Source of the DNA: Octopus vulgaris
Lineage: Eukaryota
DNA length: 64,000 bases
Assembly (NCBI GenBank): GCA_951406725.2
Contig: OX597826.1
Coordinates: forward strand, 61,814,001 to 61,878,000
Direction: 5' to 3'
The translations under genes and the position numbers were made by a program. A model generated the notes under the pieces. That model was not told where the DNA came from. It did no database searches and saw only the letters and a list, made by a program, of their open reading frames with translations. This document shows, one piece after another, positions 38,791-52,559 of the stretch; position 1 is the first letter of the stretch; each line of letters starts with the position of its first letter.

Positions 38791-39397
38791 TATTATTTTA
38801 AGGATGGATAGATGGTAAAATCAATAGAGTGTCGGTCGATATCCCTTACAGACGTGGGTTAAATTGTGACTAAATTGTGAATTATTTTACCCCCAAGGGA
38901 TCGCAGTGCAGCCACTACTATTGACAAACCGGACACGTGGCCCGAATACTTGAAACAAAGTAAGCTTTGCTATAGACAGTCAAGGCACTCAAGGGATAGT
39001 TAAAACAGCCAAGGTAATTTTTTAAATTCTATCGTTCCGAGGTTAGTTAATGTAATCAAAACATGCTGCTGCATGGCCTTAATTCAAGAACTGAAATCAA
39101 TAAATTAATATTTATGAATTAATAATCTATATTCTGTTTTTTTTTTCAATGATTGAATCTCATTTTATTAATCATTAGCGCTATAAAAGTAATTATATCT
39201 TGTAAAACCCATGGGAAAATTCATCCTTTGGAAAGTGGATATGATTGAGTAAATGGATGAAAGAATGCCAGATGTCTCTTGAGTTTACATATAACTGCTG
39301 ATATTTCACCTGACTAAACTTTGAGTGTTGTTCTTATTCTTCTGTTGATGTTGATGGTGGTGGCAGCTGTAATGTTTAGTGTTTAGCCCTAATAATG

Positions 39398-39604
39398 TTT
39401 TCTACTATAAGCACAAGGCCTGAAATTTAACGGGAGGCGACTAGTCGATTATTTCGACCCCAGTACTTGACTGGTTCTTCATTTTATCAACACCGAAAGA
39501 ATGAAAGGTAAAGTCGCTCGGCGGAATTTCGGTACGTAAAGATAGACGAAATGTTGCTAATCATTTCGGCCGGCGTGTTTAAGATTCTGCCATCTTGCTG
39601 CCTT
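39398..39604 (-). mobile_element. SINE family B copy
   Basis: gcacaaggcctgaaattt..cgaccccagtac..gaaagaatgaaaggtaaagtcg..ctgccatcttgctgcctt. Confidence 0.8.
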
Positions 39605-40484
39605 TGTAGCCCTTATCATAAATTGTCTTCTAGATATGGCCAGCGCATCATTTTAGACAGTTTTCCAGCAAAATGCATTGCACACTGTGTCGACCGTTTA
39701 CTTTATATTTTATTTTAAAAGACAGTAGGTTTGTTTGAGGGGCCGAAACTTGGCTGCTATTTCTTACACATCAAGCAAATAGCCACCTTTAGTTCACATC
39801 ATTATATCGTTTTACTTAATACTTTCACTGGAAACATTCCTTATGATGTCTCAAAGACTATTTTCCAAGTTCTTTCATTGTACTTTGAGTGTTTGTTCAG
39901 ACAGAAATCTAAAAACATCTGGAGATATTCACAATATAAAGTGTTTAGTTAGATCCAAAGTGAAGAGCTTCTACGAGGTCATTCTACTAGCTAGAAATAT
40001 CAGTCACCTATGCAGTAAACCAGTGATTATATCTTAATGAAGGAAATTATATACTAATTGAAATATAAATGTAGTTGTTAACAGTAATTCTAATTATCTT
40101 ATCAGAACATTCTTACACTAAGTGTTTCATCTCCTTCCAGCTTTCGGCTTCTCATGCTGGTACAATTAAGACAGAGCGTTAAAAAGCTCAGTCTCCAGTT
40201 CTGTCCCACTAGGCGTCATCTTGGGCAAGTATCTTTTATTATAGCTCGGACTAGGTCACATTCTTTAAGGCTTAAATAAGCCTTATGCCTCAATTGTAAG
40301 TTTAGTAGGACAGTAGACCACAAGAGTGAAATATAAATAAACCGAGACTGGAGACAATATAGAACTAACTGTTGTATACTACCGCAGAAAAATGATTTGA
40401 GCGTGGAGGTCCAATACTGCTGATGCCTGAGAGACATAAAAGCGGAAGAGATACATAAGTAGGTAGAAACAGATAGATAAATAA

Positions 40485-40548
<64 letters not shown>

Positions 40549-40580
40549 ATAGATAGTGAGAGAGTGTTATCAAGTCTTAC

Positions 40581-40641
40581 CTTGGTATTGTTGAATAACT
40601 GCTAGACTCTGGCGGTCTGGACCATCGAAAGACACTGGACC
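40581..40641 (-). CDS. GABA-B-R3: Internal exon (61 nt, phase 0-1) of the GABA-B receptor-like gene
   Basis: Acceptor ttcattgccag|GGT, donor CAAG|gtaaga. Encodes GPVSFDGPDRQSLAVIQQYQ(G), continuing FVGVS in frame (GABA-B GVSGxVxF...DR motif). Confidence 0.9.
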
Positions 40642-41182
40642 CTGGCAATGAAACACGCAAATAAATAAATGTATTGGACATGTTATACAACTCCTTAAAA
40701 AAACATGGAATAAATCATGTCTGCGTTGTCAGGGGTAAGTTTGGAAACTACTTTGATTTCCCTGTGACACGATTTCACTGTTGCTTCAGCTTCAGGACGT
40801 ATTTTTCTTATAATTTTGGATGGGCTAAGGGCTGTAATGATTGATAAGAGAAATTTGCTAGGCAGAAATTGATTTTGAAATCCGTCAGAAGGATCGTTTC
40901 TGCTTTGTAGAGTCGGTTTGTAGAGTTAAAATATCGCGCGGTGCAACGCGACCATCAATGACCCTTGGGCAGTTCAAGCAGGTATGAACTTCTTTCGATT
41001 CTTTCAGCTGAGAATGAGACCCTGAAAAATACTCATGGGTTTTGTCCTTACTTCTCTCACTACGACGTTAAAAAAATAGGGATAATACGTGTTTGTGTGT
41101 CTGAACTTACATACGTTTCTCTATCTCTCTCCCTCCCTCTATCTTTGTATATATATATATACATAAAAACATAGTTACATAC

Positions 41183-41235
<53 letters not shown>

Positions 41236-41314
41236 ACATACCCACATACATACATGCATACACATATTGATACATGTATATACCTACCTACCTACATACA
41301 TACATACATACATA

Positions 41315-42300
41315 CGTCAAGACTTGCGTGGGAAAGATTTTCCTTAGATTGATAGACACAAACTTCACACATACACATAGATATAGGCACTTATTTAAGA
41401 GGTACAACCTAAGAGTCTCCTTTAGTTGTGCACCTAACATTAAAAATAAAAATCTTAACAAGTACCCACAATACAAGGGAAGAGGAAGGTTACTGTTGCA
41501 GTGTATATAATAACTGTCCAGTAGGAGGCCGATGCTAGGCTGAAGGGGTCATATATGTAGCTACGGTGACCTGCTATCCGAATTAACAGTACAGTAGCAT
41601 CCAACATCAATATTAGATTAACTAAATCTCACTCCAGTACAACTGCCATGCCTAGAGATAATCACAAGTACGAGACCGGCGTAACAAACGGCGTTACCGA
41701 CGACCCTAGTACCATCGCCACAGGTAATGAACAAACTAGTATCATAGACACAGATAGAGTGACAAGGCCCGCAACATATCTTACCACCAGTACAATCGCC
41801 ATACCTAGAGATGATGACAAATCCAGAACCAGTGACATGGAGGATGTATCCGGCGTTTCCAGTATCACCACCTCCACCACAGATGATGACCATTTAATTA
41901 TGTTCGACACCGATGTGATGACCGGTTGCGCACCATATGTTACCGGGGGTGCGAACATGGCCACAGCCCGTGTTGGTAAATATATTGGATCTGCCAGTCT
42001 TCTTTCAAACGACACTTTCTTAACACCCCGTCATCCTTCACAGTCCCAGAAAGACGGTTTGTCACGTCCCTGACCCGCCATGTGCGGGAACCGAAAGATC
42101 ATCGTGTGATATCAGGTGGAAAATAATTGATGATCATCCGAACCCATATACTAATGGAAGTGGCCGATGCAAGATCTGCATGGCGGAGATAGCCAAAATT
42201 CTTAAGGACTACACGAAAGCTGGCGCGTTAAACAGTCGTGAAGAAATGTTTACTAAATGTGTCCACTTCAAGCGCTACATACTGGGAAACTGGATCTCCC
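41315..42300 (+). mobile_element. Penelope-like element 3' portion (GIY-YIG endonuclease, decayed)
   Basis: VKTCVGKIFLRLIDTNF...RVSFSCAPN, CC....NCPVGGRC*AEGVIYVATVT, KYIGSA, PYTNGSGRCKICMAE...LNSREEMFTKCVH. Confidence 0.85.
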
Positions 42301-42448
42301 CGTTTGCTGGTTAAGCCCTTTTGACACTATAACGGTTGTTTATTCTCTGGTTCAGAGGAGACAACCCGTCCTCAATAATGTTACTTTTTTTTAAGACCTG
42401 TTTCTCGATTCCTTTCTTGCGATGTAGAAATTTTAAATTCTTGTCTTT

Positions 42449-42513
42449 ATAGAGTCTGACAAGCTGTCCACAAGGCTTTGGCTTTCTGGATACGAAACCT
42501 TTGGTAACTCTAT
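42449..42513 (+). ncRNA. Type I hammerhead ribozyme motif (G8A-mutated) downstream of the Penelope ORF
   Basis: Stem I ATAGAGT/ACTCTAT (7 bp), core CTGACAA, stem II TGTCCA/TGGATA, GAAA, stem III CC(TTT)GG, cleavage triplet GUA. Confidence 0.75.
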
Positions 42514-42693
42514 GTCTTAGAGATAAATTTTTTTGTTGTAACAATCACTTCTCTATTCTTTAGAGTATGCTTCTTTTCTGATGTATGATTTATTAATTAT
42601 GTTTCGTTTTTGGATTTGGTTTGCAAAATTCTTTATGTGAGTTCGTGTGTTGAAGCATATACTGTTGTGTCTGGGGAGAGCCATTTTCTACTT

Positions 42694-42772
<79 letters not shown>

Positions 42773-42820
42773 GTATATATATATACATATATATACATAT
42801 ATATATACATTTTCTTTTTG

Positions 42821-42871
<51 letters not shown>

Positions 42872-43699
42872 CGTATATAAAAAAGGTAAATTAATAAGGA
42901 TTTGAAATTCAAGCATGTAACTTAAGAGTGCTCTGTATAATTCAGAATCTGGCCAACCACATCGAACACTCGAGGAAACATAGAATTGTCTAAGATAAAA
43001 AATTAAACGCAATTTCGCAGGGTAGTTCGTTTCTCTGGAACTCATATATCATACGGCGTATGAGTTCACTTCTTTGGATCTTATACATCATACATATATA
43101 TTCAAGAAATCATAAGGAAGAATGGACAAAACTTGTTTATTACAATATTATTCTCATTTAGTTCACATTATACCTGACACGTGTTTCTGCTGCATAAGTG
43201 TCTTAATGTGCTTTGATTTAGCACCTGTGTGCTTTTGCTTCAGCTGCAGTGCACATTAAAGCATCATAGACATACTTATACAGCTTTGTTGAAGATCGTG
43301 CCGAAGCGGGAAGGTGAAGTGAACAGAGAAATTGCGTCCTATAGTCCCTCTTAAAGTATATTTTAGTGGAGGTGAATCATAAAAACTTAGTATATATAGT
43401 TGTAGAGTTTCATGATAGTAGAATTTGCTTTGAAATACGACATATCTATAGCTTCTGGTATTATTTAAACTTAGACTAACATTTTAGAATTTAAGGAAAT
43501 AGATTATTTTATATACTTAGGAGTAGAAGAAACCTAAACTAGGTCAAGATTTATTCGCCTCACCAACCTCACTTAATGACGCTAGAATAAACTTTATAAG
43601 TGGAATCAAAAGTAAAAGAAGTTGAGAGGGGAAAAAAAGAGAAATGAGTTTTAATGTGAAATTCTTAAAAACTAACTAGAGTTAATCTACGATTTGGAC

Positions 43700-44587
43700 T
43701 AGGTTAATTAACATGTACTTTTAGCTGCGAGATATTCTATTAAAATTCCTTATTTCACGAAAAGATTTTTTCAAATTTGATCTTAGATGTTATTTTTGTT
43801 GTGTTTTAGACGAAATTTTACATGATTAATAATTGATGTGTTGTCTTTAATAAAATTTTATTGATTTTTTTTCAAGATATAATTTTGAAGCGTAGAAATC
43901 CTTGACGTCAAGCATGAAAAAAAACAAAAAAAAACGTTTACTTTTTGGCATGAATTCAAGCTTGGACATAATGCTTCTCAAACAGCTACCGATAACAAAA
44001 GAAGATGGGGTGAAGGTTCCACTAGTGATCGAACGGTAAAACAGTGGTTTGAGAGATTCCGTAGTGAGGAGGAGATACTTGAAAATCAAGGAGATAGAGG
44101 ACGTCCATCCACCCTCGATGGTCAGCATTTTAAAAGATACAATACATCTTTCTGGAATATAACCAGAGCATTACATCGGAAGTTTAGTATAAACAACTGA
44201 AAGAAATGCATGTTTACTTGAGCAAATGAGACGTGGTCCAAGTCTGCTCCATGACAACGCTCGACCGCACGTTTCCAGGATGAAACTGCAGAAGCTCACA
44301 AACTTAGGATACGGGACTTTACCACACCTTCCATATTCTTCTGGTCTTTTACACATCGACTACCACTTTTCCAAACATCGTGACACATTTTTAAGGCAAC
44401 AAGACATTCCGTTCCAAAACCGAGGTCGAATTCAAGGAGAGGCAAACATGACCTTGTTAATCGATGGGAGAAATGCATAGTTGTTCAGGGATCATATCTT
44501 AAATAATTAAACCTTTGTATAAAATCGATTTTTCAAGAATATAAGCTTAATTTAAAAATCGGCCATTTTTTTCTTAACAACCTAATA
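43700..44587 (+). mobile_element. Internally deleted mariner (Hsmar1/cecropia-like) transposon
   Basis: HEFKLGHNASQTA..WGEGSTSDRTVKQWFERFRS..RGRPS (HTH), GPSLLHDNARPH, LPHLPYS, DYHF; right TIR-like end ...CAACCTAA then TA at about 44585. Left boundary uncertain. Confidence 0.87.
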
Positions 44588-44589
44588 TG

Positions 44590-45560
44590 GTTATATAACC
44601 TGTAATTAGAGTTAAATATACGGAATATTTCTTCCAAGCTTAAGTTACATTTCGAGTTCCGAGTATTATATAGTGATACTCTACTAATTATTGTCCATTT
44701 AATATCATATTTAGTGTTCTTATACTTTAAAGACCAGATATGTCTATTCAAGCATATACAATTCAATTTATCCCTATCTTTGAACCATGGCGGTGGGTGA
44801 CGCAATCATTGCTTAAATTCCGTAGAACATAGCTCTACATAATAACTGGAAATATCACTAGCCATTACTGTACAGCTATAAACTATGTTCTCTCTGAAGC
44901 GTTGTCCTGCAAGCGGAACTTATGTATTGCCACAGTTATGACGATGCGTAGTGATATTAGCCCTGTATTTGCTACTGGCAGAAGTATTAGTTACTTCGTA
45001 AATATTACTACTTATTACCATATGGGCATTACTTGTTTCGCTATATGTTGAATTGAGTGTGTTATACGCTTCACCCAGTTCAATTAGTTCAAATAAGTGT
45101 GATTTGGGTCCAGTTATCTACTTGTTATCCAAACCCGTATTTCATTATCTTACTAGAGTCAATGACATTACGTTCCACTATATCCCTATAATTATTATTT
45201 CACCCAATTATATTACTTTTTATTTTTATTTTTTATCATACTTATTTTTTTATTATTTGCATTTACTAGGTTCCTATTAGTGAATTTTCTAATCCTCATG
45301 AAATCGCTTTCGTAATAATTTGGGTTAAGATTATCTTTGTCGATATTGCAACCTAATCGTTTACCTATTAAAATGTGGCTATATAGGTAGATGCTGGAAA
45401 TTCCGTATCTACTGCTGCGAAAAATTTTGCAGGTATGTTTGTAGCGATGTGTGCGCATTGTACCAAAATATATGTCTAGATCTAGCTTTGCTTTTAGGGG
45501 TGTTGGTCACTGTTGTTGTGAAGAGTCCCATTTGTACATCTATTGTATATTTTCCTAAAT
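44590..45560 (-). mobile_element. Decayed Penelope-like element (GIY-YIG region)
   Basis: Minus strand RHIFWYN..TNIPAKFF..VDTEFP, PLAGQ..ENIVYSCTV, HIWSLKYKNTKYDIKWTII..YNTRNSKCNL. Confidence 0.8.
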
Positions 45561-46296
45561 GATCTGTTTACTATACTTTATTATGAGTTCTGCTTAAAAT
45601 TATATCGTTGCAATTTAAGAAACCACTTTAACGAAACAGCAACAACAGCAGTAACAAGAACAACAAGAAGCACAAGTGCACTACCAAACATAACTGCACC
45701 ACGAGCAATATTAGCAGTTACAGGAACAGCAACAATAACAAAGACAACGTTTCACAACGGACAAACCACACGTCAGCGAATCTGTTACTAGGCCTGCTAG
45801 AAATAACAGCCAAAATATCTTTCAAACGCTTGTTACTCTTTTAACACCCACACACTAAAAAAGAACATCAGAAATACATATATAAATGCTAAAATATTGT
45901 CACATCGTATAATATCCTATTTACAGAAAATGTCACGGATGATTGACCATTTTTATGAAAATGAAAACGAAAAACACGACAACCTGTCTTCATAAAACCT
46001 TCTCAACTCGAAGACATTTACATGAAGATGGACAAAGAATTATCTTTTCAAAAATACTCGTTGCAAACCACAAAGACAGCATTTGCATGGCAATAAATTC
46101 CTCTTGTCACAGAAATGCTGGCATTCTTTGATATTTTGTGGATTATGGATAAACGGTGAGAGGAATATATAGTGGACCATTTTCTAAAAGTGGAGTTTTA
46201 CAAAATGATATTTACAGTAACATTTATAATATAGAAGATCGGCAAAAATGTATAATGAATTATGCTTTAATTTGAGTATTTAATTTCTATAGTAAA

Positions 46297-46440
<144 letters not shown>

Positions 46441-46853
46441 CATATATGTATGTAAACATGCATGTATGTATGTGTGTTTAATGAGGGATATTATGTGTGT
46501 TGATATAATAGAAAGGTCGGCGGTTATAAGCAGAATTCTTATAGATGTTTCTATAGAAGCAATAGCGGCGGTTATAATAACACATTCAATGGATTCATAT
46601 AGAACTGGTGTGACAGTTATGACCTGCAAACGTATGTGGAAACTGTATCAGGGAGACATTCATTCTATTCGCCAACAGAATTGACACCTTGAATGCGATT
46701 AGCCATAGAAATAACAGCTACAATTCACACACAACTGTGAAAAAAAGGAAGTATCTGTGAAATAATGAAGTCCTAAATACGCGGTGCTAGAATAATAAAG
46801 TAGGATATTGCATCTCGAATACAGTTATTGATACTGTGATGTTTAGTAACAGT

Positions 46854-46854
<1 letters not shown>

Positions 46855-46947
<93 letters not shown>
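46855..46947. repeat. (CTA)n microsatellite
   Basis: About 30 perfect CTA units. Confidence 0.98.
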
Positions 46948-47272
46948 GTGGCGGCGACGACGAGAGACAATTCAGGCAAGTGTAGTTATAAGGTTACAAT
47001 TCAGCTGTAAGTAAACAAGGTGAGTAAAGTAGACGAAGACGGAAATATCTGCTGTTGTGGTATGACATATGAAAGTCTGTGAATTATTACAGTGATTGTT
47101 ACATTAAGGTATATAAATAAATATTACAAAACTATATCGCTGCATTTGTGACATAGACGACAAAGATTATAATAGTGTTTGATATTATGTGGAGTCAAAG
47201 ACCAGAATGTACACGCAAACACTACATCGCTATACGCACGCACGCACAAAATATATATGCATACATGTACAC

Positions 47273-47310
<38 letters not shown>

Positions 47311-47545
47311 GTATGTTTGTATATATGCATGTATGTATGTATAAATATATATGTATTTATGTATATATATATATATAATAATAAATATATATTTATGTAT
47401 GTATATATATATTATATGTACATATACATACATTATATATATTACATACGCACACATGCACATACATATATATGTATAAATATATGTATATATATAAATA
47501 AATATAAATGTATGTATTATATATTTAGTATTTATCTCTCTATCC

Positions 47546-47576
<31 letters not shown>

Positions 47577-47584
47577 CATCTGCA

Positions 47585-47657
<73 letters not shown>

Positions 47658-47909
47658 TATATACATATATATATACATATATATATACATATATATATAC
47701 ATACATATATCTGAATAAATATATATAGATATATATTAATGTATATCAGGAGGTAGAGTGTGTGTGCATAGTGATTTGGAATGAAAGATATAAATACGTA
47801 AATATTATTTTGTTTTGATAATCTGATAACCAAATATTCGAAGGCTGCAGACATATATATTACTTCCGATTTGCAATAAAGACCAAAAATGTCGCGTACA
47901 CACGCACGC

Positions 47910-47990
<81 letters not shown>

Positions 47991-48427
47991 ATACACGCAC
48001 ACACACACATGCACAAGCATACACGCACGCATGCACTCGCGCACACAGGCACACTCACACACAGATATATGTATTTATTTAATTTGATAAACATCACGAG
48101 CCAATTCATCTATGAATTACTTGTGTCCATACAAATAAACACCAGTATTTGAATACAGTCGCAAGCACGCACATACACATACACATAGAAACGCAAACGT
48201 ATACGTTCACATACAATGATAAATGATACTTAATGCTGACATATATTTAAATAGACGGCTAAACCTAGGGGTTTACATACAGTCCCTGAGACATACATAC
48301 TTAGAACACGTTCATACACAGGCATTCAGGTATATACGTATATACACATGTATATAAAGATATATGGATGCATATTCACACACACAAACACTACTTTATC
48401 GATCCCTCCATCCTTACACGCATACAT

Positions 48428-48464
<37 letters not shown>

Positions 48465-48606
48465 ATGTATGTATGTACGTATATATTTATACTTTTATAT
48501 ATTTATATAAATTATATACATTCATGCATACATACATATGTATATATGCATGCGTTACATCTTTACACACATAGATACATATATACACACACACGGATAT
48601 ACACAT

Positions 48607-48720
<114 letters not shown>

Positions 48721-50014
48721 TATGTTCGTAGGAGAAGTAAATATTTATCAGATAGCTGATAAATATCAGAAATTAAGAGTAAAACAACGGAGAAAGAGAA
48801 TGATCATCTCTCTAATAAGATATGTCTCCCAACTACCACAGTTAATTATCATCTTTCTATTAAGATATATCTGCCAACTATACGCAGTTAATAATCGTTT
48901 CTCAAATAATATATGGCTGTTATGTGCATAAAGTTATTAATGTGACCATGTTGTAAGCTATTGAATGTTATGTGTATGCCGTGTACGCACGGCATTTATC
49001 AACATATACATTTATCAACTTATACAGTTAAATTCTCCTTCATTTCAAATTTGTGTAAATAATGATATTCAGATTTGTTTTTCCCTCTTTCCTTAAGAGT
49101 ACCGGACGATTTGGATGTGATTTCGATGCTGTTTTTATCAAGGGAAATTACAAATGCGAAATCAAGGACATCTTACTCCACAAAAGAAACCAAACAACAC
49201 ATAGAGACAGCATCAGGATTTATAAATTAGACCCCTACCTATAATAACAATTCGAAAACGATAGCGTAGTAGAATTATTAGCACGTCGGACAAAATGCTT
49301 AGTGTCTCTTTACGTTATGAGTTCAAATCCCACTGGGATTAACTCTGCCTTTCATTCCTTTGGGATCAATAGGATAATGTGCCAATCGAACGTTGGGGTT
49401 GATGTCATCGATTTGTCCCCTTCCCTCAAAATTCATGGCCTTAAAGTCTGCAACAGACCGATTTCCCGTTCTAGGGCAATATTGTGATCTCCGTGACTCA
49501 TAGGTTTATGTGGCCCATTCTTAGGCTATTTTTCTTTACTTATTGTACGGTGATCGCTTATGTATGCATGCCTGTATGTATGTATGCTTGTATGCATGTA
49601 TGTATACGACGGGCTCTCATACAATTTCCCTGTACCAAACTGGTTGACTCGGAGCCATACAAAAAGATGCTTGCCCAATGTTACGCGCTGTAACACTGAA
49701 TCCCAAACCACATAGTTGCAAAGACGCGTTTAACTACACAGCTATGCGTGCACCTATAACCATACAGTCATGCTTATCAACAGCATTTCTTGGAATCTTA
49801 AACTGACCAGAATCAACATCGGATCTTTTGCTTGTTGATGATTAACATTAATTTTTCAATGCATGTTATAATAGATACTGCTCCCAATATCATAGGCCCG
49901 TAACTTGCTTGTCTGGTACAAACAGAACCAATACAAGCACACTCTACTAATACTAACAACGTTAGGCCACCACTTCAAGGATCTGTATTTCCGTTATTCC
50001 ATTTAGTGTAATGT

Positions 50015-50305
50015 AGAGGCACATGACCTAGTGGTTAGAGCAGAGGACTCGCGGCCGAGAGATCGTGGATTCGGATCTCAGAACGGGTGATGCGTGTGTT
50101 TATGAGCAAAGCATCTAAGCTCCACGCGGCTCCGGCAAAAGGTGATGGCGAAATTCTGCTGACTCTTTCGCCACAACTTTTCTTAATCTTCCCTCCTGCA
50201 TCTTGCAACTCACCTGAGACGGACCGTCCAGGTGGGGAACCTATACGTCAAGGAAACCAGGAAACCGGCCCTGTGAGCCAGGCGTGGCTCGAGAAGGAAT
50301 AAACA
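50015..50305 (+). mobile_element. tRNA-derived SINE with family C head and alternative tail
   Basis: Matches the reverse complement of 20905-21180. Confidence 0.85.
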
Positions 50306-50534
50306 ATTTAGTGTAATATGGTGCACGTAAATATACCTATTAATATCTGAATTGGGTGGCACTGGGAGATACAAACGATATTTGTATGATGATTGGAAAA
50401 ACTTGGACAGTTCAACGAATCCTCATGCGGTTCTATATTCATTTCTTTTATAGTACTAATGATACAAGTAATAATGATAATAATCTTGTCAAAACATGTC
50501 ACCTCGAAGATAGATCAATCACAGCAGACTATGC

Positions 50535-50927
50535 ACTTTATAAGTACTAGTCGACCTGGGCGGGATTTGACATCAGAATCTAGCGAGAGACGAAATATCG
50601 CTAAACATAATAATAATAATAATAATAATCGCTAAACAAAAGGCGGCGAGCTGGCAGAAACGTTAGCACGCCGGGCAAAATGCGTCGCCGTATTTCGTCT
50701 GCCGTTACGTTCTGAGTTCAAATTCCGCCGAGGTCGACTTTGCCTTTCATCCTTTCGTGATCGATAAATTAAGTACCAGTTGCGCACTGGGGTCTATATA
50801 ATCGACTTAATCCGTTTGTCTGTCCTTATTTGTCCTGTCTGTGTTTAGCCCCTTGTGGGTAGTAACGAAATAGAAATATCGCTAAACATTTCGTCCAACG
50901 TGCTAAGGATTGTGCCAGCTCACCACC
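50535..50927. mobile_element. Family B SINE (+, 50640-50872) nested in an older family B copy (-)
   Basis: Host halves at 50535-50607 and 50889-50927; target (GAAAT)ATCGCTAAACA present at 50592-50607, 50628-50638 and 50873-50888. Confidence 0.85.
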
Positions 50928-50999
50928 GTTTTTTTCTTTTTTTTTTTAAATTTATGTATTAGACATTCACTAGTACAACTCCCCCCCCCCCCAAATATA

Positions 51000-51108
51000 T
51001 GGCACACTAGGCATAACAACAACGTGAACTTCCAGCCTGTTGTCTCTTGAGGTCTCTGGGTGAGACCTGGAGCCAACTTGTACAGACATAAAGCAAAAGT
51101 CAAACATA

Positions 51109-51165
<57 letters not shown>

Positions 51166-51186
51166 TAATAATAATAGTAATAATAA
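51000..51186 (+). mobile_element. Probable retroelement 3' end with (TAA)n tail
   Basis: Unique GC-richer segment (gaggtctctgggtgagacctggagccaac..caaaagtcaaacata) running directly into (TAA)n. Confidence 0.4.
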
Positions 51187-51559
51187 ATATATAACGGGCC
51201 ATGTTTTGTGGTCGTTGATTAAAAAAATCATGCAGTGTAACCGATGTAGATAGCCATTTCAGCTCAGAATAATGTGAAAGTACAAAGAAACGGTTGAATA
51301 GAATACTGATTTGCACTTCCAATCCTCAAGTGCAAGAACAGGGAATTTAACGAGGTCATAAACTTAGTAATTATCATCAGAACTTCGGAAGCAGTAGCAA
51401 AAAATTAATTGAGAGCAAACATTGGAAAATTTGATTTTAATCTGGAAGTAAGTGTAGTGCGAAATCAACTTTACGTCCAGCTAGAAGTAACTAGATATTG
51501 TTTAGTACAATGTAAAAAGATATACAAAGAGCAGAATAAACGTTTTATATAGAAACTTT

Positions 51560-51910
51560 AAAAAAAATGCTGTACATTATAGATGATTAGTTGTGGTCCA
51601 GTGGGAAGCACAATCAAGCCGAACACAACACTATTTCTGTGAAAGAACAATTGCACGTGCTCAAATGGTATGACCACAAAGTACAAAAATCCAAGGAGAA
51701 TAACAATGTTAAAATCCATTTGGAGTTTATCATACAAATCGGCCATGTGATGGAACACAGAAAACGGTTATTTTGGTCGTGTAGAAAAAAGATAGAAAAT
51801 ATGAGATTGTTCACATGGCAATCTCCAGAAGTAAGAATATGAAAAGCAGAGGAGAGAGTGTGATCGGATTCACCGGACTGTGGAGAGAATTGGAAAATAT
51901 ATGAATCTTT
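51560..51910 (+). mobile_element. Decayed RLE-type (R4/Dong-like) LINE fragment
   Basis: KWYDHKVQKSKENNNVKIHLEFIIQIGHVMEHRK resembles the KWYEH.P..V.EN...KILWDF.IQTD..IEHRRPD segment of R4/Dong ORFs. Confidence 0.65.
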
Positions 51911-52559
51911 AAGGAAGTATGAAACCAGATGCAGTTGACGAGATCGGAAAAGTAAGAAGCAAACACAAATCCCGGTTCGATAAGTTACAACTGCTGAGAG
52001 TATATGATATGCTCGAGGAAGAAGGCAATATTATTGCCCGCTGTTAACCGACAGAGAGAGGGTTACACCAGTATCTAATTGATATAGAACAACGTAAAAT
52101 GATTTGCCTTGCTCAAGGCCTCGACAAACAACCCGATTCAGCAGTTGAACACGCTTTATTTTGTTACTGAGCCGAACGCACTTACCACTAAGCTACAGTA
52201 TGTGTTATTAAGTCACTCACGTGTAGTGAATGGTTGTATTATGTCTACCAAACAAATAACCCAGTGTTGTAAAAAGTCAGAATGTAAGAATATTAATATA
52301 GAGGCGTTGCATTTTATATAGCCTTGTGTATTGATGAAGTTTCATTGGTGTAGAGAATTTTATGTATTTCATATAGGTTTCTACTTTTATCAACAAAATG
52401 TAGTTTTGTTGATTTTTAGATATCTAAATTTGGCTAATATGGAGTTTAGTTTTCGTAAGCATTATTATAAGTAACGCATTAAGTGTTTGCTATCAACTCA
52501 CAGAAGTATGTTTGAAAGAATTCTAGATGCTTAATTCTCAAAACAGTTCTGTTGTCTTA

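Noticed and set aside
38889-38970. Possible minus-strand exon ending GCTAIPWG
   Set aside because: Weak splice sites; the exon at 36558-36647 fills that position with correct phase and better motif match.
41648-42073. Independent 141-aa Thr-rich gene
   Set aside because: Lies between, and runs into, Penelope GIY-YIG motifs; treated as part of the element.
43018-43068. Hairpin GAACTCATA...TATGAGTTC
   Set aside because: Real 9-bp stem, but no recognisable ribozyme core or other support.
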